A stretch of 64,000 nt of DNA. Source: Candidatus Eiseniibacteriota bacterium (GTDB taxonomy: Bacteria > Eisenbacteria > RBG-16-71-46 > JABDJR01). The stretch lies in NCBI GenBank assembly GCA_963783375.1, contig CAWANH010000029.1, forward strand, positions 1,408,001 through 1,472,000, given 5' to 3'. The position numbers were made by a program, and so were the translations under genes. Positions 47,458 to 57,900 of the stretch are shown here, one piece after another; position 1 is the first letter of the stretch, and each line of letters begins with the position of its first letter. The notes beneath the pieces are model-generated. The model saw only the letters and a program-made list of their open reading frames with translations, did not search any database and was not told the DNA's origin.

Positions 47458-48615
47458 ATGGCGCGCGAATCCCTCTTCCGATGGCTTGACCGCCGCCTCC
47501 ACGTCTCCTTCCTCGTCGACGCGGGCTCCCACAAGACCGTCCCCCTCCATCGCTACACCGTCTTCTACTACCTGGGTGGCATGACGCTGTTCTTCTTCAT
47601 CGTCCAGGCGGTGACCGGCGTGCTCCTCATGCTCTACTATCGCCCTTCGGCCGGGGAGGCGTTCGAGTCGGTCGAGTTCATCATGACCACCGTTCCCTTC
47701 GGCTGGCTCCTGCGGTCCATCCATTCCTGGTCGGCCAATCTTCTCGTCTTCTTCGCCTTCCTGCACATGGCCACCGTCTTCATCATGAAGGGCTACCGCC
47801 CGCCGCGGGAACTCACCTGGATCACCGGTTGCGTGGTCTTCTTCCTGGTCATGGCCTTCGGGTTCTCCGGCTATCTCCTTCCCTGGAACCAACTTGCATT
47901 CTTCGCGACCAAGGTGGGCACCGACATCGCGGGATCGGTTCCGGTGGTCGGGGAGTGGCTGCTGCGGTTCCTCCGCGGCGGCGATCGCGTGACCGGAGGA
48001 ACCCTCTCGCGGTTCTACGGCTGGCACGTGGCCATCCTGCCGTCGATCACCCTGCTCCTCCTGGGGCTCCATCTTCTCCTCGTCCAGATCCACGGCATGA
48101 GCGAGCCCGAGGCGGTCCGGCGGCGCGAGGTGAAGTCTCCCGGCATGAAGTTCTTTCCCCATTTCGCCCTCCGCGATCTCTTCGGGTGGACGGTGGCCCT
48201 GGGCGTGCTGGCCGCCCTGGCCGCGTTGTTCCCGTGGGAGCTCGGCGAGAAGGCCAACCCCTTCGCCCCGGCCTACCCGAACATCCGGCCCGAGTGGTAC
48301 TTCATGTTCATGTTCCAGACCCTGAAGCTCGTCCCGGGGGGCGAGATCGCGGGGATCGAGTACGAGGCGTTTCCCATTCTCCTGTTCGGGCTGGGGGGGG
48401 TGGTCCTGCTCCTTCTCCCCCTCTTCGACACCGGCGCCAAGCGGGTACGAACCCTCTTCACGAACGCTCTCGGCGGAGCGGCCCTGGCCTACGCGGTGGG
48501 GATGACGGTGTGGGGCTATCGATCCGCGGTGCCTCTGCTCCTGGTGGCCGCGGTCGCGGCGCTCCTCGTTTTGACGGCGTGGCTCACGCGCGGCACGCGG
48601 AGGTCACCATCGTGA
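47458..48615 (+). CDS. Cytochrome b (unsplit; b6-like and subunit IV-like parts fused)
   Basis: YLGG, RSIHSW, GYLLPWNQ, RFYGWH, PEWY. Confidence 0.95.
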   Translation: MARESLFRWLDRRLHVSFLVDAGSHKTVPLHRYTVFYYLGGMTLFFFIVQAVTGVLLMLYYRPSAGEAFESVEFIMTTVPFGWLLRSIHSWSANLLVFFAFLHMATVFIMKGYRPPRELTWITGCVVFFLVMAFGFSGYLLPWNQLAFFATKVGTDIAGSVPVVGEWLLRFLRGGDRVTGGTLSRFYGWHVAILPSITLLLLGLHLLLVQIHGMSEPEAVRRREVKSPGMKFFPHFALRDLFGWTVALGVLAALAALFPWELGEKANPFAPAYPNIRPEWYFMFMFQTLKLVPGGEIAGIEYEAFPILLFGLGGVVLLLLPLFDTGAKRVRTLFTNALGGAALAYAVGMTVWGYRSAVPLLLVAAVAALLVLTAWLTRGTRRSPS

Positions 48616-50348
48616 TCGGGCTCTTGAACCTCATGCTCCCGCTTCTTCTCGCCGCGGATCCGGCGGCGATCGCGCCTTCGCAATCGCCACAGGCTCCGCA
48701 GACCCCGCAGACCTCCTGCACCACGTGCCACATGAGCCCCGACCTGTTCGACGCCGAGAGCCTGAAGGAGTGGGAGGGGATCGACCGGGACGTGCACCAT
48801 CAGGCCGGGCTCTCCTGCCAGGACTGCCACGGCGGCAACCCGGATCCCGCGTTGAGCGAGGATGCCGAAGCGGCCATGGACCCGAACTTCACCGCCAACC
48901 CCTTCCGGGGGGCCCCGCTCCGGACGGCGATCCCCGCGTTTTGCGGCCGGTGCCATTCCGATCCCGTCTACATGAAGCGTTTCCGTCCCGACCCGCGGAT
49001 CGACCAGGAGCAGGAGTACTGGACGAGCCGCCACGGCAAGGCCTTGCGCACCGGGGATATCAACGTGGCCACCTGCATCGACTGCCACGGCACCCACCGG
49101 ATCCTCCCCCCGGACAACCCCGAGGCCCCGGTGTACCCGACCCACGTGGCCGAAACCTGCGGCCGGTGCCACTCGGATCCCGAGCACATGAAGGGGTATC
49201 GGCTGGACGACGGGCGGCCCCTCCCGGTGGACCAGTACGCCCGTTGGTCACGGAGCGTTCACGCCAACGCCCTCCTGGTGAAGGGGGATCTCACCGCCCC
49301 CACCTGCAACGACTGCCACGGCAACCACGGCGCGACTCCTCCGGGGGTCAAGGAGGTAGCGTTGGTCTGCGGCCAGTGCCACGGCCGCGAAGCGAACCTC
49401 TTCCGGGCGAGCCCCAAGCAGGTGGGATTCCAGAACCACAACGATTTCCTGGCCGAGGCCGGGGACGAGGGTTGCGCCTCGTGTCACGACGCCGACCAAC
49501 CGCCGGGCACGATGACGGGGATTCAGCGCTTCTACGGGTGCGTGGTTTGCCACGAGAACCACGGCGTCGTCCGCCCGACCATCGCCCTCCTGAGCCCGCT
49601 CCCCGACACTCCCTGCGCGCTCTGCCACGAGGGTCCCGAGCCGGCGGGCACTACGGGGGAGCCGGAGAAGGTCAAGCAGCACTTCCGCGAGGTGCGGGAT
49701 GCCCTGCTGGCCAAGACGGTGGGGATGGCCCCCGAAGACCGGTTCGATTGGCTGGTCGACCAGGCGCTGGTCCTCGATACCCACACGCTCCCCGGCGGGG
49801 AAGGCGAGGCTCCCGCCCTCCGGCCCGAGTTTGCGCGCCTCTTCGAGCGGTTCCGTATCGGCAAGACCCACTACACCTTCGTGGATCCGGAAACCGGGAC
49901 CGAGGTCAAAGCCCGCGTTCGCCGGTGCGGCGATTGCCATGCCGCGCCCCCGGATTCGGAGCCTCCGGAAGGCGGCTTCGCCGTCTCCCAGGAGTATCTG
50001 GACGACATGCATGCGCTTACCTTGCAGATCGCCCGGGCCGAGCGGAGCTTCCTCGCCGCCCAGCGCGGCGGCGTCGAGGTCCGGGAGGCGCTTACCTCGC
50101 TCGATAGCGCGGTGGACAGCCAAATCCAGCTCGAGGTGCTCGTCCACGGATTCTCCACCAGCCAGGATGGAGCCTTCGTCGCCAAGCAGAAGGAGGGCAT
50201 GGCCCACGCCCAGGCGGCCGCGGTCACCGCTCAGCGCGCGCTCGAGGAGCTGACGAACCGCCGTCGCGGTCTCAGCATCTCCCTCATCTTCATCCTCATC
50301 TTCCTCACCGCCCTCGGCCTCAAGATCCGAGATCTCTCCCGACCCTGA
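48612..50348 (+). CDS. Membrane-anchored 11-heme cytochrome c
   Basis: 11 CxxCH motifs counted; signal peptide; C-terminal helical stalk and TM helix. GTG start overlaps the cytochrome b stop. Confidence 0.9.
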   Translation: MIGLLNLMLPLLLAADPAAIAPSQSPQAPQTPQTSCTTCHMSPDLFDAESLKEWEGIDRDVHHQAGLSCQDCHGGNPDPALSEDAEAAMDPNFTANPFRGAPLRTAIPAFCGRCHSDPVYMKRFRPDPRIDQEQEYWTSRHGKALRTGDINVATCIDCHGTHRILPPDNPEAPVYPTHVAETCGRCHSDPEHMKGYRLDDGRPLPVDQYARWSRSVHANALLVKGDLTAPTCNDCHGNHGATPPGVKEVALVCGQCHGREANLFRASPKQVGFQNHNDFLAEAGDEGCASCHDADQPPGTMTGIQRFYGCVVCHENHGVVRPTIALLSPLPDTPCALCHEGPEPAGTTGEPEKVKQHFREVRDALLAKTVGMAPEDRFDWLVDQALVLDTHTLPGGEGEAPALRPEFARLFERFRIGKTHYTFVDPETGTEVKARVRRCGDCHAAPPDSEPPEGGFAVSQEYLDDMHALTLQIARAERSFLAAQRGGVEVREALTSLDSAVDSQIQLEVLVHGFSTSQDGAFVAKQKEGMAHAQAAAVTAQRALEELTNRRRGLSISLIFILIFLTALGLKIRDLSRP

Positions 50349-51096
50349 TCCAACCGGCGGGCGGGAGGATCGTCGGAGACGGACGGCGGCCATCATGGGC
50401 ACCGACCGTCCGCCAGGGACCCACCCCTGCGCTTTCCTATCCCCGCTTCGACCTGCGGGGGGGTGGACTTCCATCTCCAGGTCCCCGCCCATACCGGGCG
50501 CGACGCGGTCCGGCGGGACACGGGACGGGATTCCCGGGAAGGGACACGAGCCCGGCCCGTTCCTGAAGTCGTGTCGTGAGGGGAGCCGATGACCGTCGGA
50601 CCGGGCACCGGAGCGTCCGACGACGCAGGCGTACCCGGTGCGGTACGTCGAGGAGGCGGACCGCGAGGACGCCCGAGCCGCCGATCAGATGCCCGCCGGA
50701 CCAGCCGGTTGGTGAATGGGCCGGACCGGAAGTGAACCCCGGGAGATTCCTGCGCCTACCCGGGCACCGCCGGTGGATCCGGATTGCCGGCTTCACCTTG
50801 AGACACCCCACTGTGCCGACAACGATGGACTCAGGTGGAAGCTTCAGACCCATGTGGACACGGGTCGGCGAGGCGCGCCCCTTCAAGTCTCGCCGCCGGA
50901 GACGGCAGTCTCTCGATGGAATAAACGGGCGGGCGCCCATCCGGACGCCCGCCCGACTTCCAGAGACCTATCGTCGCAATGGAACCCTACCGGCTCGGCT
51001 CGGTCCGGTCGACCGTGGACCGAGCCTCCCTCCCTCCGGCGACCGCCGGGCCCCGTTCAGGAACGGCCGCCCGGGCCCCGAGGGGAGGTTGGGAGC

Positions 51097-52074
51097 CTAG
51101 TGCACCGCGGCGGCGCTTGCCCCCATCCTCGAGAGACCCTCCTCGAGCAACGCCTTCGCGTAGTCGGGGTTGTGAACGCCCATGCTCTTGTCCTCGTGCA
51201 TGACGTAGAGCCAGTTGTAGAGCGCAATCCCCTGATCCTCGGGGGCCTCCGAGACGGTCGGATGCCCGTCCTCCGAGTTCTCGTTGATGAGGCCGGCGTT
51301 CACCAGCAACGCTCCGAGCTGGCTCCCCAGGTCCTCGATCTCGGTCTGCACGCCCTTGTAGTCGAAGCTCGTGGCCTCGGGGTGACAGCGCTGGCAGGTG
51401 GCCAGGGCGGGCTCGAAGTGGTGGTCATTGGTATCACCCATGTGACAATCGACGCAGGTGTTCGTCACCGCTCCGTAGTGCGGGCTCACGGTCCCCGTTA
51501 CACCGGCGCCGGCGACGCCGAGCAGCATGGCGCTCTGCGGACCGTGGTGCGGGCCCCAGTGGGAGCTGATACCGGTGATCACGCCGTTTTCCGCCACCGG
51601 GAAATCGCGACGCGGCTGGTGACAGTTGGCGCACAGGTTCCCCTCCCCGCCGTCGAAGGTCGCACCTTCGATGGAGGCGAGGTGAACCGGTTGCGCGGTT
51701 CTCAGCGAGAAGTCCGCCATCGAGTAGGTCTCGTGGATCATGTGACAGGCGCGGCAGTCCTGGCGCGTCGGGTCCGGCTGGCCCATCTCCACCTCGGTCG
51801 GGTTCTCCCCCGCCGCCACCATCTCCTGGAAGCCGTTCCCGGAGTGGCACCCGGCGCAACTTGCGCTGCTCGACCGCACGTAGGCCGTTCCGGTGCCGTG
51901 CACGGACTCCGCCCACTCGGTTTGCTTCCCGGTGATGATGCTGCTGGCGTTGTGGCAATCCGCGCAGGACAGCGGCTTGGTCGACTCGACGCGGGTGATG
52001 GTGCGATCACACGACTGGGCGCCGATCAGCACCGCGACTGCCCCGAGTGCTAGGATGGTTTTTGCGACGGACAT
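51097..52074 (-). CDS. Hexaheme cytochrome c lipoprotein
   Basis: Lipobox-like GAQSC; 6 CxxCH; C-terminal helices with GVHNPDYA. Confidence 0.88.
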   Translation of the reverse strand: MSVAKTILALGAVAVLIGAQSCDRTITRVESTKPLSCADCHNASSIITGKQTEWAESVHGTGTAYVRSSSASCAGCHSGNGFQEMVAAGENPTEVEMGQPDPTRQDCRACHMIHETYSMADFSLRTAQPVHLASIEGATFDGGEGNLCANCHQPRRDFPVAENGVITGISSHWGPHHGPQSAMLLGVAGAGVTGTVSPHYGAVTNTCVDCHMGDTNDHHFEPALATCQRCHPEATSFDYKGVQTEIEDLGSQLGALLVNAGLINENSEDGHPTVSEAPEDQGIALYNWLYVMHEDKSMGVHNPDYAKALLEEGLSRMGASAAAVH

Positions 52075-52107
52075 CTAGGCCTCCTTCTTTTCCTTTTCTG
52101 CTTGCGC

Positions 52108-53676
52108 TTACTTCCCGTGCAGGTCGTAAGCGACGTTGAACCAGACCACATTGGCGGTGTAGTAGCGATCCAGGAGAATGTAATCGTCGTAGTTGTACAC
52201 GTTGTACTTGGCCTCGAGGTGAATGTCGTCCTTGACGGCGTATGCCCCCTCGAAGAAGAGAATCGACTTCTCGATATCCAGGTCGCCGCCCACGTTCAGG
52301 AAGGTGAGACCGCTGGAAAGACGCAGATCCTTGATCCTCTCCAGGTCCACCCGGCCGGTGACGCTGTTGTTCCAGGCCCGGAACCTCCCGGTGCGATCCT
52401 GGAACTCGTCGTTGGAATACTCGTAAGTCCCCGACAACCCGCCCCATCCGGCATAGGCGTACCGGGCGTATGCGGAGGCGACCTGTCCCGTGGCGCTGAC
52501 GTCGATATCGGGATAGTCCCGGTCACGAATACGGAATCCCGAACCGATCGAAAGACCCTTGACCGGGTTCACCTCCAGGTCGCCACGGAAATGGGCGGTC
52601 TCGATGTCCTTGAGAAGGGTCAGCTCCTCCTGGTCCTTCTTCAGCCTGCCCGCGTACCGGAACCTGGCGGTGAGGAGCTTGTTGTACCGGAAGGTCGTCG
52701 CCGCCCGCCAGCTGCTGTAGTACGTGAGGGAGACCTCGTCGTCGTTGGTCTCGTATCCGTAGCCGAGGGAGACGTCGCCGTACCGGTAGAAAACGGTGGC
52801 GTCGATGTCGTTGGTGAAGCGATCCGTCTTGAGATCGGTGGTCTGGTCGTCGATCCGCTGGGCTTCGAATCGGTACTCGAGGCGCAGGGGATCGACCGGA
52901 TCGATCAGGCCGGTGTACTGGAAATTGGCCAGGGTGTAGTCCAGGTCCCCGGTGGAGAGGTTGCTGACCCCGTAGGCCGCCCGCAAGAGGTGTGTCCACC
53001 TGTCGTAGAACATGCAGGGAGTCGCGATCCGGGCCGAGACGACCTGGCCGGTGCGGTCGGCGTCCGAGTTCCGCTGGTCGCTGAAGTCGGAGACGCGATA
53101 GTCGACGGCCAGAACCCTTCGGTTCTTCCGGGCCTCCGCCGACACACGGCCGGAGAGGAGGCCGCTGTCGTACCGGAGCCCCAGGGCGTCGGCGGTTCCG
53201 GGTGGATAGGATAGACGGTTCCCGGTCTGGGTGATGTAGCCCAGGGATCCCTCGAGTTTGATCCAGCGCTCCGGAGTGAATCGCGCGTTCAGGTTCCAGT
53301 TCCGCCGGTCGGACGTCGTGTTGCGGCCGGGGTCGAACACCTGGCGGTTTTGGGTGAGCGAAGCCGACAGCTTGAATCTGCCCGGTCGCCGGTAGAGCAA
53401 CTTCCCTTGACGACTGTCGAAGTTGATCTCCTTGAGGTCGATCATCAGGTAGTTGTCGGGATTCGGCGTTCCGGTCAGGCGGAGCTGGGTGATGGAGAAC
53501 CCGTCGTGGATGTTGTAGGTCTCCTGGACCGCGGACCGGTCCCCCACCTCATCGAGGATGACCCCGCCCAGTTTCACGGTCCCGGTCCACGCCCCCGCCC
53601 GAAGCGGAGCCGCCCCCAGGACGAAGATGAGCATGGCCATGAGTGTCGCTCGGGTCTTCATTCGCATTCGCACCAT
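52108..53676 (-). CDS. Outer-membrane beta-barrel (MtrB/PioB-like position)
   Basis: Signal peptide, alternating beta-strand pattern, aromatic C-terminal strand; lies between two multiheme genes. Confidence 0.8.
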   Translation of the reverse strand: MVRMRMKTRATLMAMLIFVLGAAPLRAGAWTGTVKLGGVILDEVGDRSAVQETYNIHDGFSITQLRLTGTPNPDNYLMIDLKEINFDSRQGKLLYRRPGRFKLSASLTQNRQVFDPGRNTTSDRRNWNLNARFTPERWIKLEGSLGYITQTGNRLSYPPGTADALGLRYDSGLLSGRVSAEARKNRRVLAVDYRVSDFSDQRNSDADRTGQVVSARIATPCMFYDRWTHLLRAAYGVSNLSTGDLDYTLANFQYTGLIDPVDPLRLEYRFEAQRIDDQTTDLKTDRFTNDIDATVFYRYGDVSLGYGYETNDDEVSLTYYSSWRAATTFRYNKLLTARFRYAGRLKKDQEELTLLKDIETAHFRGDLEVNPVKGLSIGSGFRIRDRDYPDIDVSATGQVASAYARYAYAGWGGLSGTYEYSNDEFQDRTGRFRAWNNSVTGRVDLERIKDLRLSSGLTFLNVGGDLDIEKSILFFEGAYAVKDDIHLEAKYNVYNYDDYILLDRYYTANVVWFNVAYDLHGK

Positions 53677-53680
53677 CCTA

Positions 53681-54640
53681 CTACTGGTGACAGCCTGATT
53701 TGAGACAGCCTTGGTCCCTGAGCGACTCGCTCAGGAAGTTCCGGCTGGTGTAGGAACCGTGAATGTCCACGTGGCAGTCGTTGCACGGAATGTCGGCCCA
53801 TCTGGTTCCGTGATGGGAGTTCATCTGGTGTAGCGGGACGGTGTGGCACTGCTTGCACAGCTGGAAGTTCGGAGCCTCGTAGGGCTGCTTGAGCATCCGC
53901 GGCAGGTAGGACCCGTGGGGGTCGTGACAGTTCATGCAGCCCCCCTCCTCCGTGGAGTAATCCACCGTCGCCTGGTGCTCGTAGGGGAACGGTCCCTGGA
54001 ACTCGCCGTGGCAGCTCGTGCACATCTCGCTGCCGTTCCTGGACATGTCCCGGGAGCCGGCGTCCAGGGTCTTGTGACAATCGGCGCAGTTCATGACTCC
54101 GTCATCGACCGGATGCCGGAAGGGCTTGGCGAACTGATTTCCCACCGCGGTGTGGCACCCCAGGCACAGATCGGGCTGCGCTTTCCTGAGGAGCGGAGGC
54201 TGGGTGGAAGCGTGGACGCTGTGACAGCCGCTGCAGTTCACGTCGCTCCGGGCGTGGACGTTCTTTTCCATCATGTTTTGCTGGTGGCTGTTCAGGTGGC
54301 AGGTGGAGCAGATCTTGCCTTCGACCGCCGCGCTCAGGGCGGCGGGAACCGGCATCGGATACTGCTCCGGGTCCTCCTCGTAGTGACGAGAGTCCCCGCG
54401 GTGGCAATCGGTGCAGGCTACCCGGACATCGGCTCCCTGATCGGATTCCCGGGCCACCCGATGGGGGGTCAGTGCGAGTGAATCGGCCATTCCCTCATGG
54501 CACGTCAGGCATGTTTCGGTTTCACGGGGGTAGTCCCCGGCGGAGGGATCCGGCTGCGATCCGGCGAGAAGAACGATGACAAAAGGAACAAGGAATAACA
54601 CCGGCACGTAGCGACGCAGTTCCTTGGCTTGCTCTTTCAA
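53681..54640 (-). CDS. MtrA/DmsE-family decaheme cytochrome
   Basis: 10 CxxCH plus terminal CLKSGCH; GPFPYEH..., CHDPHGS, CHVDIHGS are typical of the family. TTG start after GGAGG. Confidence 0.88.
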   Translation of the reverse strand: MKEQAKELRRYVPVLFLVPFVIVLLAGSQPDPSAGDYPRETETCLTCHEGMADSLALTPHRVARESDQGADVRVACTDCHRGDSRHYEEDPEQYPMPVPAALSAAVEGKICSTCHLNSHQQNMMEKNVHARSDVNCSGCHSVHASTQPPLLRKAQPDLCLGCHTAVGNQFAKPFRHPVDDGVMNCADCHKTLDAGSRDMSRNGSEMCTSCHGEFQGPFPYEHQATVDYSTEEGGCMNCHDPHGSYLPRMLKQPYEAPNFQLCKQCHTVPLHQMNSHHGTRWADIPCNDCHVDIHGSYTSRNFLSESLRDQGCLKSGCHQ

Positions 54641-54911
54641 TGGGCCCCCTCCGAAGAAAGACCGCCTATGTAGCTCTTTCAGGGCGAAACGTACCAACAC
54701 CTTAACGGAGCCGTCAAAGTGCTTTTTCCGATTTGACTTATTCTTTTATCGTGTTCCGGAGGGAGATCTCCCCATTCAAACCTGGAATATGAGGTATCAA
54801 GAGAAAACAGATAATTCTTGTCATAAAATCTTTCCTCCGGAACCCGCCCGGGCGCGTTCCCCCGGGGGAAGGCCGCCCTGGAAAGCGGCCTCCCCCCGAG
54901 CCGTCGTACGC

Positions 54912-57900
54912 CTACGGCCCCGAGGGGGAACGCACCTGCATGTTCTCCCCCAGGTGGCACTGCATGCACAGGTCCCGGGTCTTGTCGTGGGTCAGGAGCG
55001 CCTCGAAGGGACTCGAGTGCGGGTCATGACAGGACGTGCAGGTGATGGCCAACCCGGTCCGGGGGTCCTTGGTCGGACCCTGGTAGGGGTGGAAGTGGCT
55101 CTTGGTCACATCGTCATGGCACTGGAGGCAGAGCTTTTCCTGAGGCTCGTTCAGGATGCCCCGGGTCGCGCTCCCGTGAGGGTCGTGGCAGGTGTCGCAG
55201 CCGCCCACGTCCGGGTGCTTGTACTCTCCGGCGAACATGGCCCGGTCATGGCAGGTGAAGCAGGTCGAGGCCTCGTCCTCACGCCTGAGAAGCGACGCCG
55301 TCCGCCCGGCATGGGGGGAGTGGCAGTTGAGGCAGGCCAGCTTCTCGGTCACCGCGGGGTGGACCACCGGCTTCTCGGCGTCCTTGGCATGGCCGCCGTG
55401 ACAGGTGACGCAGAGCGCCGCTCCCTCCGCCTTCAGCCCGTTCTGCCCGGCGTGGCACGCCATGCAGTCCTTCTGGGCGTAGGGGGCGTGGTTGAAGGCC
55501 AGGACGAGGCCCGGCTCGGTCGAGCCGTGGGGATCGTGGCAGCTCGTGCAGTCCCCCTTCCCCGCCTCGAACCCACGGTGCCTGGCTTTGAAGGCGGAGG
55601 CGGTCTCGTCGTGGCACTGCCCGCACAGGGCCTTGGCCGGCTCGGCCAGGAGCCCCTTCACCGTCCCCACGTGGGGGTCGTGACAGGTCTGGCAATCCCC
55701 TTCCTTGGCCGGGGGATGGGCGTTGGCCAGCCGGCTCCGCTCGGCGACCGCCGGGTGGCAGTCGGCGCAGAGGCCCGGAGCCGCCTCCTTGAGGAGTCCG
55801 GGCATGACCCCCTCGTGCCCGCCGTGGCAGACCCGGCAGTTCCCATCCCGGACCGGGCTGTGGACCAGGTCGGGGTCGGCCTTCTTGATCCGCCCGCCCG
55901 GGTCGTCATGGCACCGGGCGCAGAGTCCGGGCCCCGAGTCCACGAGCAGGGTCGAGTCGGCGGCGGCATGGGGATTGTGGCAGCTCGCGCACTCCCCCGC
56001 CTCCACCGGGGCGTGAAGTCCCTTGGGGGGCGCCGGGGCCTCGATCGCCCCGTGGCAGGACCCGCAGAGCTCGACCTGGGAGTCCACCAGCTCCACCTTC
56101 CCCCCCGGGGACTGGGGCTTGTGGCAGGTGGAGCAGGACCCCGGGCCGAAGGGCTCGTGGCGGACCGCTCGCAGGAGCCCCTTTTCCCGGCTCCGATGCG
56201 GATCGTGGCAGGATAGGCAGCTTCCCCCCTCCGGGGCGAAGTTGTCGTGGAGCTTCCTGAAATCCCGGTCCCCCACGTCGTGGCAGGAGCTGCAGGGGTT
56301 CTTCAGCGCCACCAGCCCGTCGGCGCCCTTGGTCTGGTGGGGATCGTGGCAGACCTCGCAGTTCCCCTCCTTCACCGGGGGATGGACGGTCCCGCTGTCC
56401 AGGGAGTCCTTCATCGCGGTGTGGCAGGTGAAGCAGATCTCGCCCTTGGCCGCCCTCAGGAAGGGCGGTCCGTCGGCGGTCCCGTGGGGATTGTGGCAGT
56501 CGGCGCACTTTCCCTCCGCCGCCGGCTCGTGGAGGGTCGCGGGGGGAAGATCGGCGGTCACCTCGCTGTGGCAGCCCCCGCAGAGCTCGGCGGCCGGGCT
56601 CACCAGGAGTCCGCGATTGGTCCCGCCGTGCGGCCGGTGACAGTCGGTGCACTCACCCTCGGCGAAGGGCGGGTGGGGGCTCGCCACCCTGAGCTCGTCG
56701 ACCTGCCTCGCGTGGCAGGGCAGACAGACCAGGGGCTGCTTCTGGACCAGGATGGCCGGGTTGTCGCTCCCGTGAGCCTGGTGGCAGTCGGCGCACCCGT
56801 TCCCGGCGAAGGGGAAGTGCACCACCGGGAGCTTCCGCTCCCCGGCGGTGTCCTCATGGCAGGAAAGACAGGTCACGTCCTCGGCCTGGGTCAGGAGATG
56901 CGGCTGGGTGCTGACGTGCGCGGTGTGGCAGGCGCGGCAATCGTCCTGGAGCGGGGCGTGGGGCACCTTGACCGAATCGGCGGCGGCGATCACGTCCTGG
57001 TGGCAGGACGCGCAGAGGTCCGGCGAGGCCTTTCGCAGCATGGCCTTCCCGCCGCCCCCGTGGGGGGCGTGACAGGCGTCACAGGCCAGGGCCTCGAACG
57101 GGGCGTGCCGCGACACCAGGTCCTTCTGGTCGCGCGGGTCCTCATGGCAGACGAAGCAGAGATCCTCGGCGTTTCCCTTGAGCAGGAACCTACGGTCCGC
57201 GCTGTGGGGATCGTGGCAGAACAGGCAGTCGCCTTCCGCCGCGGGAGGATGGCCGCCCGGCCCCGCGGCGGTTTCCCCCACGTCGGAGTGGCAGGTCACG
57301 CAGAGATCTTCCTTCGACGCGGTGAGCTCCCCGGGCTTGTCCGGCAGGCCGGCGTGGCAGGCCTGGCAGTCCGCCTCGGCGTAGGGAGCGTGCACGTATC
57401 CCCGGTTCTGGTCCGTGCTGGTTGAACCGTGGGGATCGTGGCACGATGAACAGGACGCGCCCGCTACCTCCGGTCGAGCATGGAGTTCCGGCAGCTCCGA
57501 TACGGGACCGTGGCAGCGGGCGCAAAGCTCTTTCTCGGGCGCGACCAGAAGGTTCGCGTTGGCCGAGTTGTGGGGAAGGTGGCACTCGGAGCACTTCCCC
57601 TCCTCGAAGGGTTTGTGTTTCCGGGTGGAGGCGATGGCCGCCTTGAGCTTGGGATGGCAGGAGGCGCAGGTCTCGGCTTCGGGACCGCGGAGCAGCCCCT
57701 TCTGGTCCGAGGCATGGGGATCATGGCAGCCGTCACAGGTGACCCCTTCCACCGCCAGATGATCCGAGCCCGAATCCGGGGCCACCTTCACGTCCTGGTG
57801 GCAATCCGTGCAGAGCTGGGGGAAGTCCTTCTGAAGGATCAGCGACTGGGCGAAGCCGTGCCGCTTGTGACAGGACTCGCAGTCCTCCTGCGCCGTCGGG

